Source: a virus. Taken from it: 64,000 nucleotides of DNA. The position numbers were made by a program, and so were the translations under genes. Below, piece by piece: positions 22,588 to 34,844 of the stretch (its first letter is position 1; every line of letters begins with the position of its first letter). Location of the stretch: IMG/VR virus record IMGVR_UViG_3300036818_000127, positions 45,418 to 109,417 of that record, one strand, 5' to 3'. The notes beneath the pieces were generated by a model that worked only from the letters and a program-made list of their open reading frames with translations, had not been told where the DNA came from and did no database searches.

Positions 22588-22824
22588 ATGAAGGATAGAT
22601 ACGTGCTAAAGATCCTTTTAGGCCAACGGATCAAGCAATTGCGAGAAGAGCGCCACATAACACAAGAAGACCTTGCTGACTTAATGAAAGTAGAGAGTGA
22701 TCGACAGGTCCGCAAGTGGGAAAGTGGAGAGAGATTTCCAAGTCCCACTCACCTTGTTGCGCTAACGAAAGTTTTTAAGATACGTGTCAGAGACCTCTTT
22801 GACTTCCCTGACTCGGACCTTTAG
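22588..22824 (+). CDS. XRE-family HTH regulator
   Basis: LGQRIKQLREERHITQEDLA...VRKWESGERFP. Confidence 0.85.
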   Translation: MKDRYVLKILLGQRIKQLREERHITQEDLADLMKVESDRQVRKWESGERFPSPTHLVALTKVFKIRVRDLFDFPDSDL

Positions 22825-23601
22825 ATGTGGCCCTACTACTGCAACTCTTTAATTCCCTTAATATTTAATTTGTCAGTATCCCTATACCTACGAATTGCAG
22901 CAGGCAAGTTTGGCTCCGTCCTAGGTGACGCAAGGGAGGAATCAGCACTACGCGGTAGGCGTCTTGGGGTATGATTAAATGTGCTAAAGGCAGCAACTGC
23001 CTTATTGACTGCATCTGGAGGTTGGTGCCCAGACAGTGCCCATAGCGCCTGGTACATCTCTTCAGTAAACACAGGCATCTCTAGTCCCTTCCACTCAAAA
23101 TACCTCTTGATTTCCTCATTATTATAATGCTCTTCAATAACGGAAATCCAGATATACGTCTGGATATAGCTTGGTCTCTGGACCCCTATAATGACACGTG
23201 ATACTGCCTGCTGGAGCATCGAACTTTGCTCCTCTTTCGGAAGAGTCCCTTCTTCCAGCATCTGCTCATATCGTTCTTTCCCATACTTCCTAATCATCAT
23301 CTCATTATACATTGATTGCCCTTTATCTGCTAACCACGGCTGATTCATGCCAGCCGCCTCACAGAATTGGCGCATAAGAGTACCAAACCTCGGAATTGGC
23401 TTTCCATTGATTAATTCGTGCAGATACCGAGGACCTTGGCTTTTTGATGTATCATCGCTCACTTTAATCTCATCCATTTCAGTTGGTCTAAAATTCTCTT
23501 GACAATAGAACCACTTAAATACTACAATGCGGAAACTTACACAGATGGTCTGTGTAGGGTGGCTCACATACGTTGATGGAATTATAGCATAATCGTCAAC
23601 G

Positions 23602-26600
23602 GTGCGTCTATTTTGTCGTGGACTTTGTGGGGTTGTTATGGTTACGTTTTTTGCCAAGCCCAAGCCGAGAATTGAAGATGATGATCTGCTCAGGGAAGTC
23701 ATCCGAGATATCTCAGGCACTACATACTTTGATCCGATCAGCGATCCGCCAACCCAGGAACTTCAGGCCATCTCGATAGGATTGCGTCACACGAACACAA
23801 CCCGATATCCTATCATCTCTAAAAGTCCTTGGCCGTTGGAACATATGTTTGCTGCTGTCTGTGCCCATATTCGACCACGAGCACCAGTCCCACGCTACAT
23901 CATACTCCCTGACGTGGCATACAGAAAACACCTGGAAGATGTCCTGACACCACGGCCTTTTGACGGTCTCTTTCTCTTTCAGATCTCAGGTATGAAGAGA
24001 CCCTTTCACATCTTAGTCTATAGAGATGTCGAACTGAATACAACCCTACCACCTAATGTTATTTTGTGTATCAGCTAACGGAAAGGAAAGATTGGAGATG
24101 TCTATACAGAGACCCGCGCCATTCAGTCACCTCGCAGAGCTAGAGAAGCTTGTAGAGAACAGGAATGAAAGGCCCACACGGGCCATGCCAGCAGTGACAG
24201 CAAAGAGACCTGCTCGTGCGCTTATTCCACCAGGATACTGCAACCCCACGCTGAGCCCCTATGTCTTGATCATTGCGGCCATCATTGAAAACAGACGATA
24301 CATGTATGGACCAGTCCTTCCGAAAGCCCTCTATGTTACGAGCGAGATCCTGGAGCAACTATCAAAGGACATAATGCATTGCACAGGCCAGGATTTTAAT
24401 GGGCATTCAATTCCATTTACCCTATTTGATGGGAAAATAGTACACATCCCTGTATTCTCCGCAAGGAAAGGGGATGGTGTTACTGTTCCGAAACATACAG
24501 TATGGTGTGCAAACTGATACAGAAAGAGGTAAAAAGTGCCTTGGTATTTTATAGCACTCTGCTCCTTTTTTATAGCTATTATACTAACTAATGCATGCAT
24601 ATGTATCTTTCATCCTTTTATAGAATACATGAGGGATGAGCTTGACATACAACAATTATTGCATGAGTGGAAGGATAGGGACTTATGAGGGAGATTTTGA
24701 GCATTCTCTTCGTTACAGCAATCTTTGCTGCTATCACTACAGCATGCATGATCTTGGTACATTAGGAAAGGGAAATAGCACAGGATGCTAGAACAGAAAA
24801 CAAGACAAGAACCAAATCTGTACAGGCCGACAGCATTGCGTATTTATTTACGGCTAGTTAGGCACATTGACTATGTACAGAGGTATCCATGCAACTACTG
24901 CTATGCTCGTGGGACTTCTCTTATCATTCAGGGAGATGCAGAGGCGCACATCCAAGAGATTGCAGGAAGAGACTTTGACCACATTCATTTCGAGACAGTC
25001 GTAAGGGACTTGGAACATTTCGGACTTATCATACATAGCAATATTCGGATGGGACTGCATGAGCTTGCACTCCTGTATAGCATGAGAGGAATGAGACATG
25101 GATGAGACCACTACCCAGCAAGAGAACAGCAACCTCTGCCAACAGTGCGGAGGGACGAGGCGCATCGTCTACACCATGGGATTTGAAGAGGGAAGACCCC
25201 GAGATCTACGAGCTGATCCTCCCACATTCCTTAAATTATGCCCAGGACATCCTGCCCAGACAGAAGATTCACAAGAAGAAACGCTAAGCAATGAGCAACG
25301 CTACTCTATCCTGAAGCTCAAACAGCGCATCGTTGACCACTTTCTTGCAGAAATAGAGGCATTCTATACAGTCCACCCAGGTCTACGAATAACATGGGAT
25401 TTTACTATAGATGCGTTCACCAGAGAAGAAAAGGGAGAAAAGGATAGCTAATGCAGCAGTTTACGAAAATGCCGCAGCACAATACCCACCCTAACTATGG
25501 AGACAATTTCCATATTAAGGATGAAACAACAGATACATCCATGCATTCTATGTCTGATTGGAAGCCACAGCAGCAGCCTATAGCACCTTATCCTGAGAAT
25601 TGGCACAAGCAAAATGCTGCATGGCAACCGCCCTATCCAGAGCACTGGAATAAGCAGGATACAAGTCCCATGCATCGGATTATTCTCCCTAGCATAAAGC
25701 ATTACCCAATCTTGCCGCCTGCGCCTACCCTAGTCGGCTATCTCGTTATCTGGGCATGCTGTGGGTATACCGTATTTATTATTTTCTGCCAGCTACTTCG
25801 AGCGTTTCCACAGGCTATCAAGTAGAAAGGATATTTCATGAGTAACAATGATATAACAGCAAGGTGCCATGCTGCACTCAATAGACTATCTAAATGGAAG
25901 TCAGTTTTTACAGGCTGGCAATTAGGGACGGTTCCGCTCGGGTATGCTCCAGGTGATGCTGTGCGAGACCACCGAGAGACAACGCTCTTACTGCGAGCAG
26001 AAAATTCAACACTCCTTGGACTATGCATTCGCAAGGGACTCTTTACAGAGGATGAGTACCACCTAGCTCTTGCTAAGGAAGCAGAACAGCTTTCAAAGGA
26101 CTATGAGAAGAAGTTTCCAGGGATGAAGGCAACAGACATTGGAATGCAATTCAACGCACAAGCAGTAGAGACGATGAAGGACTGGTTGCCGTAAGATGCT
26201 ATTCGATAAAGACAAGAAGGTCGTGATTGAGTATGAAGCTATCCGTGCTGCTATTGTGCTCGATGCCATCATGACCCGCATGGAAACCGTCATAGAGGAC
26301 ACATCGATAGAGGGTGTCTGCAAATATCTCATCCTAAGAGATTTAGGACAGGAGATAGTTGATCAGCTCGTGCCAAGGGGCGAGCAAGAAGCATTTCTAC
26401 GAGAGCTACTTCAAAATGAAACAATACTCTCCGCATTGAGGAAAGAAAGAGGGGAGAAAGGTGGAACATCTCAAGATTGAAATCAATGAGCAGTTCGCAC
26501 GGAAAAAGAACATATTTGACCTTGGGGACGGCATGAGCATCATCATCACCCCACTTGAGCTTGACGAGCATTATTGGATCTATCGCGTCAAGCTCTTTGA

Positions 26601-27647
26601 AGATCAGGCAATTATTGCTTTTCCCAAGTTCTCTACCGTCGCCATCGGTTTCGCCCAGGAGGCTGACTGGAATACCAATCTTCCTTATAGGTGCAATGCA
26701 GAGATGATCTACAGCCATATCAAGCATAACAAGAAGTATAAGGAGATCACAGACGGTGATTGTTTAGCAGCAATCAAGCTTATCCAGCGAACTATAGCGG
26801 CTATAGGAGAAGCAAAGGAGCACTATGAGCACAAAGATCCAGGTTATTAATCCCTTCTGGCAAGAAGTCCAAGCAAATCTTGCAGTTGCCCGTGAGTATG
26901 ACTACAGGTGGGTTATCAGCAACTCAGAACTGCGAGATAAGTGTTGCAGGATGTATGCCTGGGCTATTCCTGATCCTATGTCTGTCATCTTTGTTGCTCA
27001 ACAGCTTGGCCCGCGAGCTATTGAGATGGGGGCTGGCACTGGCTACTGGAGCTGGCAGATTTCCCAGCTCGGGGTTGATATCCTGGCCTATGACAAAGCA
27101 CCTCCGGACAAGATCCCAAATGACTTCTTTGCTCCCTATTCGGAGGTCCCATCCAAGAGCCTAGTCAAAACATGGCACCCTGTCCAGCTAGGAAGCATTG
27201 AAGTCCTGGCTGAGCATACTGATCGAACATTGCTTCTCTGTTGGCCGCCCTATGCAACTGATTTTGCACATCAGTGCCTCAAAGCCTACCAAGGCAATCG
27301 ACTTGTCTTCATCGGCGAAGGGTGCGGTGGGTGTACTGGAGATGATAATTTCTTTGCACTTCTAGACAGGGAGTGGGAAGAAGTAGCAGAGCATAGCATA
27401 CAGCAATGGAGATATATCCATGATGGCATCACAGTCTATGAGAGGGGAAAAGAAGAAAATGAGTAGTTATTGGATCGATGTAGCAGGAAAAGCTATTGTG
27501 GCTATAGGGTTTGTTTTCTGCGGAATTGGGGTACTATACAATGTTACTAAGTTGTTCATTGCATTAGTCCTAGAGGCTGTAGAAGGTACTGAAGAGGAAC
27601 CATGCCACGACGACGAAAAAAAGGATATATTCGCGGGAAGCCGCTAA
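23602..27647 (+). other. cluster of small hypothetical ORFs
   Basis: co-oriented ORFs with overlapping start/stop codons. Confidence 0.6.
26825..27466 (+). CDS. SAM-dependent methyltransferase-like phage protein
   Basis: IEMGAGTGYW motif I and LLLCWPPY motif IV. Confidence 0.75.
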   Translation: MSTKIQVINPFWQEVQANLAVAREYDYRWVISNSELRDKCCRMYAWAIPDPMSVIFVAQQLGPRAIEMGAGTGYWSWQISQLGVDILAYDKAPPDKIPNDFFAPYSEVPSKSLVKTWHPVQLGSIEVLAEHTDRTLLLCWPPYATDFAHQCLKAYQGNRLVFIGEGCGGCTGDDNFFALLDREWEEVAEHSIQQWRYIHDGITVYERGKEENE

Positions 27648-27904
27648 GCGAACGGGAAAAAGAAACAGTTGGATTGCTCGCACTTGGCCTGGAATATTCC
27701 CAGATTGCGAGAAGTATGCATGTTAGTACAAATACTATCAAAAATCACCTGTGGAGCATCCGGTGTAAGACGGGTATCCAGAGTCGAACACTCCTAGCAT
27801 TTTATGCCTATGCAAGCGGGATCGTGAGCAAAGATGAGATCAAAGGAGCAATGAGGTGGGAACGGAGGCTCAATCCTCTTGTGAGGAAAGAGAAGGAAGG
27901 GTGA
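27602..27904 (+). CDS. LuxR-type HTH regulator
   Basis: LSEREKETVGLLALGLEYSQIARSMHVSTNTIKNHLWSIRCK. Confidence 0.9.
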   Translation: MPRRRKKGYIRGKPLSEREKETVGLLALGLEYSQIARSMHVSTNTIKNHLWSIRCKTGIQSRTLLAFYAYASGIVSKDEIKGAMRWERRLNPLVRKEKEG

Positions 27905-28227
27905 CGAGAACAGCAATCGGACCATTATCATCACCCAGGTCCCTTGAGCACATTCAAAGATCATAGTGTGTGGATAGTAGCCATAGTATAACAAACTCAT
28001 GTATCGAAATCAAGATGTCAAGCGGGGCTAATCCCAAAGTACTAGAAGGAGCAAAGTGATGTATACAAATCTTTACACAAGAATAGCAATATCTAGGCAT
28101 TGCATAAAGCAAGTAGAAACTGGTCATATTAAGGCATCTAACCTATTGCAATTTTTGCAATTCTGTAGTATAATAGAATTATTAGAAACGTTGTACATAC
28201 TAGATAGACCAGAAGAAAGGGAAAGAG

Positions 28228-28440
28228 ATGGCGATAAACATGCAAGAAAAACTCTATACTCCAGAAGAGATTGGAGAGATGTTCCGAGTCTCGCCGGATA
28301 CTGTCATGCGGCTGCTGAGAGAGAAAAAGATGAAGGGTACCAAGTTTGGGGGACAGTGGCGTGTTGCCGAGAAGGACCTAGAAGCATATGTAGCAAAACA
28401 AGTCAACATTCAGGAAGAGGGTCAACAAGAGAACAAATAA
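28228..28440 (+). CDS. excisionase-like HTH_17 protein
   Basis: LYTPEEIGEMFRVSPDTVMRLLREKKMKGTKFGGQWRV. Confidence 0.85.
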   Translation: MAINMQEKLYTPEEIGEMFRVSPDTVMRLLREKKMKGTKFGGQWRVAEKDLEAYVAKQVNIQEEGQQENK

Positions 28441-28695
28441 AAAGAGCCGGAAAAATCCGGCATGTTACAACAAAAAGGTTATTAGCAACATTCAGTTTAT
28501 CCCCTAGACGGTCGGCAAAACTTATAAGGGATGAACCTGGGGGTACTTGACGCCCCGATGATCTTAGTATAACCACTCCATCCTAAAAAAGCAATGGTTT
28601 TACACAAGAAATCATCGGACTGCAAGAAAGAAAGAAAGTGTGTTTATGCATCTTAATCTCATAATGTATCAAAGTAGCATGAGAGGGTATAGTCA

Positions 28696-30066
28696 ATGGC
28701 TATAGGCAAGGATATGTCATCACCTTATGAAAACGCACCAATTATTGAACAGGCCATGCAGTGGATTCTTGATGATTTGCTCTCAAAGAATAGACAGCCC
28801 TCACCAGAAGACCTGGAAGCAATCCCACAAGGTGAGGGGACAGAGATCATTCAAGCGATCAGTGAGGCATTTGAAAAAAACCGAGAGATTGGTGCCCACA
28901 AGGTCTGGAATGCGCTGTGCAAAGACATTGATGAGAGGAATAAAGCAGCTAGCAAGAAGGGCAACTGGCTCAAAGAACTAAAAGCACGACCCGTCCCTCC
29001 AAGGGACGGGGATGAGACAGCAAGCCCGCCTGTAAAGGAACGTCAGTACCCACTACAGCCGCTTAGCTACTTCAAAAACAAGCCCAAGCGAGATTGGGGA
29101 GTTGATCAGATCATATTCAATCGCGGCTCATCGATTTTCATTGGAGACAGTGGGAGTGGAAAATCTACATTTGTACTGAACATGTTCCTAAGTCGCGCAT
29201 GTGATGTCTACTTCATTAGTCGTCCGACCAAACCAGCTTTTCTCGTCTGGATTGCAGGAGAGAGTGCCGATGAACTCTATCCTAGAGTGAAAGCCTTTTT
29301 AGCATGCCACAATATCCCAGAAGATGAACTAAAGAACTTCCTTGCATTAGATGGGCGCATGCCATTTAACAATGTTACTGAAGTCTTAACCTTCATAGAA
29401 GAAGTAAAAGAGCAGCTAGCAGAAATAGAAGTAACACCAGAAACACATTCCATTGTCTTCGTATTTGATACCTATGCAAAGTGTACGCCAGGGTCAGATG
29501 AGAACAATACCCAGGAAACAAAAATCATTACAGAGTCAATTGACTCCATTGTTAGAGAGTTTCAGTCACACGTAGCAATCATCCACCACGTAAATGCACA
29601 AGGTAAAATAAGAGGTAACGGTGCATTTAAAGCTTCTGTAGATACTGTCTGGCTCGTGACCAAAGACGGCGCAAATATGAAGCTTCACTGTGAAAAAATG
29701 CGAGGGACACGGGAGCCTGATGACTTCACGGTAGAGGTTCGCTCTATCCTTATCGATGAGAGTGCTATCAGTGCCCCTGATAGCACGGCACCTGTCATCT
29801 TTCCTAGCAATGCAAGTGCTGAGAGCTTTATCCCCAAAGCACAGATGCAGATGTTACACCTTCTTAACTCAAAATCACAACTCACAAGCGGGGAGTGGCA
29901 GAAACTTTGTGAAGATGAGCACACTATCTCACGTCCTACATTCCACAGACACTTGAAGCTTCTCTTAAAAGAAGAACTTATTAATGGTCCTGCTGAAGAA
30001 GATAAAGAACAAGGCAAGAAAGTATATTACTCTTTATCCCCGAAAGGAGTCTTACTGCTTGGATAA
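28696..30066 (+). CDS. RecA/AAA_25-family replicative helicase (RepA-like) with C-terminal wHTH
   Basis: Walker A GDSGSGKST, Walker B FVFDT, IIHH..K..RG..A motif. Confidence 0.85.
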   Translation: MAIGKDMSSPYENAPIIEQAMQWILDDLLSKNRQPSPEDLEAIPQGEGTEIIQAISEAFEKNREIGAHKVWNALCKDIDERNKAASKKGNWLKELKARPVPPRDGDETASPPVKERQYPLQPLSYFKNKPKRDWGVDQIIFNRGSSIFIGDSGSGKSTFVLNMFLSRACDVYFISRPTKPAFLVWIAGESADELYPRVKAFLACHNIPEDELKNFLALDGRMPFNNVTEVLTFIEEVKEQLAEIEVTPETHSIVFVFDTYAKCTPGSDENNTQETKIITESIDSIVREFQSHVAIIHHVNAQGKIRGNGAFKASVDTVWLVTKDGANMKLHCEKMRGTREPDDFTVEVRSILIDESAISAPDSTAPVIFPSNASAESFIPKAQMQMLHLLNSKSQLTSGEWQKLCEDEHTISRPTFHRHLKLLLKEELINGPAEEDKEQGKKVYYSLSPKGVLLLG

Positions 30067-30071
30067 TCTAG

Positions 30072-30415
30072 TATTAGTAGTCTCATTGTGGGATTTAGGA
30101 GTGAGACTAGTTTTCCGAAGCAATCAATATATGCATGGGGCTGGATGTCGTGTATTTTCGGTAACAGTAAATAAAAAGAGTATGGGCATAACTGTTAAAT
30201 CAAGTATAAAGGGTAGTAATGTACATGGAAAACTAGTCTCACTAGTATCAAAGTGGTCTCATGATACTAGTGAGACTGGCACCTACAAAACTAGTCTCAC
30301 TAGTATCACTACTACTAAGTAGTGATACTAGTGAGACTAGTTGGTCGGCAAGCTCAAATGAACAGAAAAACTAAGCTAAATTTGATTTTGAGAGTGAAAC
30401 TAGTGAGACTAGTTT
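30072..30415. repeat. putative replication origin: clustered direct and inverted TAGTGAGACTAG / CTAGTCTCACTA iterons
   Basis: multiple copies of (T)GAGACTAG/TGATACTAG in both orientations between the helicase and primase genes. Confidence 0.7.
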
Positions 30416-30434
30416 GTGAGAGAGGCAAAGACAG

Positions 30435-31664
30435 ATGGAATCTAATCTTCTTGCAGAGATGCAAAATGATGGGTACAGCGGAAAGCGTAAGGCAACAACG
30501 AGAGGTGGGGAATGGCATGGACCTTGTATCTTGCCAGGGTGCAGCGGACTCGGCAAGGATAGATTAAGGGTACAGCCTAATCACGGACCCTATGGGTTTT
30601 TTGAATGCAGAGTGTGTAGCGAGAGCGGCTCACTAGTGGACTACCTAATACTCAAGAGGGGACATACTAAGCACCAAGCCCTTGTACAGGCAGGTTGGAA
30701 GCCCAAGGATGGGAGTGAGCCGCAATTTCTTCTCCCTAAAAATGTGCTCACTGGTGATGCCTACCTAAGACATTTAGCGCCGCCTCTAGTATGGCAGGCA
30801 CAGGCAAAGGTCTTTGTTGAATACTGCACTAGTGTCCTCTGGGGGGATAAAGGACAACAAGCATTAGACTATCTGCGGGGACGTGGGCTAACAGACGAGA
30901 TCATCAAGATGGCACAGATAGGATACAATCCTGCAAGGTTACGCCAGTCGGCGGAAAAGTGGGGGCGCAAAGAGCATGGATTTCTGGCGGCAGGTATTAC
31001 GATCCCATGGTTTGTCGGGGAAGGTGAATTGTGGAGGGTGACTATCCGCGATGAGAAGATAGCAGATGGCGAGGGGCGCTACAAGCAAATAGCAGGCAGC
31101 TCTAATGGGCTCTATCTCTCTTTTACCCTCAGCTATGATCGACCCGTGGTATTAGTGGAAGGGGAAATCGATGCACTTTCTATTGCTCAGGAGTGTGGAC
31201 ATGATGTTTCAGTATGCGCAACTGGAGGAACCATCGGGAGTCACTCAGCTAGATGCCTCGGCGCACTTGCAGGGAAGGACCTTGTACTCATTGCATTTGA
31301 TGCTGAGGAAAGAGGCGATAAAGCATCAGATTGGTGGCTCAACCGACTAGAGAATGCGCAGCGGCTCCGACCGTTCTGGAAGGATGCCAATCAGATGTTG
31401 CAGGAGGGTGTGGACTTGCTAGAGGATTGGATACTGCCGAGACTTGAGTCTATTCTCTATGGTCCTAGTCCTATACCTACTCCCGAGAGCAGTGATGTAT
31501 GCAAAGGATGTGGGTGTCCTTTCCCGTCATTTGAGGGCTGGGAACCTGAGAATATTCCAATGGATGATGTTATGAACTTTGACCCTGAAGATGGTGAAAT
31601 GTACTGTGAAAAATGTAGGCCAGGCCTTTTTGAACAAGTATGCGAATTAGCACAAGCATCATAA
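30435..31664 (+). CDS. DNA primase (Zn-binding + TOPRIM)
   Basis: EWHGPC..C/CRVC zinc region, ALDYLRGRGL, VLVEGEIDAL, AFDAE, KDAN. Confidence 0.85.
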   Translation: MESNLLAEMQNDGYSGKRKATTRGGEWHGPCILPGCSGLGKDRLRVQPNHGPYGFFECRVCSESGSLVDYLILKRGHTKHQALVQAGWKPKDGSEPQFLLPKNVLTGDAYLRHLAPPLVWQAQAKVFVEYCTSVLWGDKGQQALDYLRGRGLTDEIIKMAQIGYNPARLRQSAEKWGRKEHGFLAAGITIPWFVGEGELWRVTIRDEKIADGEGRYKQIAGSSNGLYLSFTLSYDRPVVLVEGEIDALSIAQECGHDVSVCATGGTIGSHSARCLGALAGKDLVLIAFDAEERGDKASDWWLNRLENAQRLRPFWKDANQMLQEGVDLLEDWILPRLESILYGPSPIPTPESSDVCKGCGCPFPSFEGWEPENIPMDDVMNFDPEDGEMYCEKCRPGLFEQVCELAQAS

Positions 31665-32368
31665 GGAAAGAGCAAGATGAGCAAACGAAAGAATTTACAC
31701 CTTCTTAGGGTTGGAAAGATAAAACAATCCTTTACAGGGTTGATTGAGAGTATCTCTGATCAAGACCGCTTATGGTTTGAGCAACATCCTAGTAAAGATC
31801 AGTATGTGCGTGATTATAAGGCTGGAGAGTTTAAAGATCAGACACCCCCTATGAATACACAAGTTCTAGTCACAAAAGTTAGTGCAGATGTAAGAGTCCG
31901 CACAGTTATCCCCTATGATGTTGCGGATTTATCTCAGTCAGGTATGTACATATTCATACCTGAGGTAGAAGAAATAAGAGATAAGATGGGCCATATAAAG
32001 TTTGAAGAGTAGCGTGTCATATAGCCAAAGGATACAAGGAATTGATAACAAGAGAGCAAGCACTTAGTGCACTAGCGCAACACTATGATTTATCGTTAAT
32101 GTATGAATTAGAACCAAGTAGGACAGAGTTTCTAGTTGATTTAGCATTTGAGTGTATTGCAATGGAAGAGTCAAAACAGTCTGCTCTTGAAGGTCTCAAG
32201 ATGTATGCAACTCGACTCGTTGGCCGAAATGCTATATGCCCAGAGCTTCGGACAGCCGCATATGAGAGATTACTATATAGCTATCTCGACTGGTTGTTAT
32301 CACCTTCAGAGTTGGAGGGTATAGGTCAGGAGCAAGCCTCCTAGTGGAAATGTGTAGAGTATAGCTGC

Positions 32369-32397
32369 TTGACAGTTTATGGAAGATATGCTATACT
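32369..32397 (+). promoter_or_regulatory. conserved early promoter, copy 8 (before DNA polymerase)
   Basis: exact consensus. Confidence 0.85.
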
Positions 32398-32426
32398 TAA
32401 AAGAGAGATAAGAGAAAGGACTTCTG

Positions 32427-34442
32427 ATGATAACAAAAAAAGAGAAAGACCTCGAAAAACTGGCACTATGGAATAACCCGATGAGAGCAGCTTTTGAGCC
32501 ACGAACAGAACGTCATATTGTGGCGGCCCCCTCGAATGTCGAGACTACTGAAGAAGCTGTCAACCCTGCTGACCATCCTGTTATAGAATCGCACTCTTCT
32601 GTATGTGTCTCAACTCCAGAGCAGGTCCATGATATTGCACAGCAACTTCAAGGCAATGCTACCTATGTTATGGACCTGGAGACGACAGGGTTAAACCCTC
32701 GACAGAACAAGATCATTACCATAGCATTCGGTACTCCTGATCAGGTCTACATTATTGATGTGAGAAGGTTTCATTCAGCTTCAGAGAGTCTTCGAACTCT
32801 CTGGTGCGAGGCATTGCAGAGGCTCTTTCACCGAGAGGATATTGTGTGGGCTGGGCATAACCTGAAGTTCGACTGGTCTTTCGTGGCTGTCCAGTTCGGG
32901 GTACGGATGAGGCGGGTGTATGACACGATGATAGTAGAGAAGCTAATTCACAATGGCGCGAGGGTTTCTGCATCCCTCAAGAATGCCGCCGCTCGCTATG
33001 GTATTGCTGTCTCGAAGGAAGAGGTCAACTACTTCATTGGTCTGGACCAACGCCCGAAAGAGTGGTCAGCGCCAATCCCTCCTGCCCAGATCACCTATAT
33101 TGAACAGGACATCATTGTCCCCCACCAGCTTATAGCTTCCCAGCAGGTAGAAATAGATAGGCAGTCTTTGGGCCAAGTTATTGAACTTGAGAATGCTGCC
33201 CTCCCAGCAATAGCTTCTATTGAAGTCAATGGGCTACTAGTGGATGTTGCAAGGTGGCGCCATATCCTGGAGGCAAAGCTGGCCAGGAAAGAAAAGTTAG
33301 AAGGGGAATTGAAATCCGTCTTATCAAATGCTCTTGCAGATAAGGCAGAGCAGGATACTGACGGTAAACTTTTTTCAGTACGTCCCGACATCCATATCAA
33401 CCTAGGCTCGCGCGATCAGCTTCTCTCAGCACTGGCATGCCTTGGTGTACGGGTAGATGATACGAAAGCCGAGAGCCTAGAGGAAGTAAAGGGTCAACAT
33501 GATTCTGTGGGCCAGCTATTAGACTGGAAGAACCTTGAAAAGTTCATTACTGCTTTCGGAGACTCTGTTCTCGGGAAAGTTGAAGAGGATAGCCGCATCC
33601 ATGCCACCTTTGAACAGCTAGGAGCAGTGTCTGGTCGGATCATCTGCCGAGATCCAAACCTCCAGCAGATACCTAAGTCCAACAATCATGATGAGGATAT
33701 CCGTAGTTGCTTCGTGGCCCCATCTGGATACAAGTTCTTAGTAGCGGACCTCTCTAACATCGAACTGCGCATCCTGGCCGAGGTATCTGGTGACCCTACC
33801 ATGCTCCGCTTCTTTGATGAAGGAAAGGACCTTCATGCAGAAACAGCGAGGCTTATGTTCAAGCTTGGCCCTGATGTTGATACCAAGAAGCACTTGATCA
33901 ATGGGGTAAAGGCTAGGGATATTGCTAAGACCATCAACTTTGGGATTGCCTATGGTATGGGTCCTGGAGGGCTGGCGGCACGTATCGGAGTTGATCCCGA
34001 TGCAGCTAAGAAGCTTCTCTCAACATACAAAGAGACATACAAGGGAGTAGTCACATACCTAGACCAGTCATCACGGGAGGCAATTAATCAGAAGTATGTC
34101 ACCTCCCTCTCCGGCAGGCGCAGGACCTTTCTCCCAGAAACTCTTGCTGATAGGCAGTCACGCGGAGAGGCAGAGCGAGCTGCAAGAAACCACCCGATCC
34201 AGGGAGCCAATGCCGATATCCTTAAACGAGCATTGGCACTACTCTCTGAACAATTGCCAGAAGACGTGCATATAGTGCTTACTGTACATGATGAAATTTG
34301 TTTAGAGGCACCAGATATTAAAGTAGAGGAAGCAACCAACATCTTAAAAGAGTGCATGATGCAGGCATGTAGGAAGTTTTTACACAGGGTAGAGATACCA
34401 GAGATTGACGTATTAGTAGCAGGATACTGGATCAAGGGTTAA
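32427..34442 (+). CDS. polA: family A DNA polymerase (3'-5' exonuclease + polymerase)
   Basis: ExoI DLETTG, ExoII HNLKFD, motif A DLSNIELR, motif B AKTINFGIAYG, motif C TVHDEI. Confidence 0.95.
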   Translation: MITKKEKDLEKLALWNNPMRAAFEPRTERHIVAAPSNVETTEEAVNPADHPVIESHSSVCVSTPEQVHDIAQQLQGNATYVMDLETTGLNPRQNKIITIAFGTPDQVYIIDVRRFHSASESLRTLWCEALQRLFHREDIVWAGHNLKFDWSFVAVQFGVRMRRVYDTMIVEKLIHNGARVSASLKNAAARYGIAVSKEEVNYFIGLDQRPKEWSAPIPPAQITYIEQDIIVPHQLIASQQVEIDRQSLGQVIELENAALPAIASIEVNGLLVDVARWRHILEAKLARKEKLEGELKSVLSNALADKAEQDTDGKLFSVRPDIHINLGSRDQLLSALACLGVRVDDTKAESLEEVKGQHDSVGQLLDWKNLEKFITAFGDSVLGKVEEDSRIHATFEQLGAVSGRIICRDPNLQQIPKSNNHDEDIRSCFVAPSGYKFLVADLSNIELRILAEVSGDPTMLRFFDEGKDLHAETARLMFKLGPDVDTKKHLINGVKARDIAKTINFGIAYGMGPGGLAARIGVDPDAAKKLLSTYKETYKGVVTYLDQSSREAINQKYVTSLSGRRRTFLPETLADRQSRGEAERAARNHPIQGANADILKRALALLSEQLPEDVHIVLTVHDEICLEAPDIKVEEATNILKECMMQACRKFLHRVEIPEIDVLVAGYWIKG

Positions 34443-34451
34443 GTAGTAGAA

Positions 34452-34658
34452 ATGATCATTGAAGTCTTACGCGCACCAAAAAGAGTACTGTATCATCAGG
34501 AATGCTATGTAGAGCAGAAAGATGATACAGTATATGGTGTACTAAGACTTCGTGATGGGGGTAAGTGTGTAGCCTGCGGGAAGGTCATAGCAGCCGGCCC
34601 ACATTCTCGTAGGGAGGAAGAAATCCCCGCCAAGTTAGAACAATTGACCTTGTTTTGA
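34452..34658 (+). CDS. small protein ending in a clamp-binding-like motif (QLTLF)
   Basis: 68 aa, CxxC, C-terminal EQLTLF*. Confidence 0.55.
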   Translation: MIIEVLRAPKRVLYHQECYVEQKDDTVYGVLRLRDGGKCVACGKVIAAGPHSRREEEIPAKLEQLTLF

Positions 34659-34840
34659 GAGGAAAAGAGATGCATAAGAGCGGCAAAACCAGCATGTGCT
34701 TCAGATGGGCCTGTAGTGCCATTCTGGTGGTTTTATGGTCAAGTAGGGTAATCTATCCTTATCTGGGTGTATGGCCCACTCCTGGACTCTACAACCAAAA
34801 AGTTGTAGAAAAATCTAGAAATAGTAGAAGGAAATTGAAG
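34635..34840 (+). repeat. ~205-bp duplicated segment (inverted copy 20135-20339; partial copy ~52718-52760)
   Basis: direct sequence comparison. Confidence 0.85.
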
Positions 34841-34844
34841 GAAG

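Noticed and set aside
29984-30567. ORFs 29984-30322 and 30322-30567
   Set aside because: They overlap the iteron cluster, and their LVRLV/LVSLV repeats are translated iterons.
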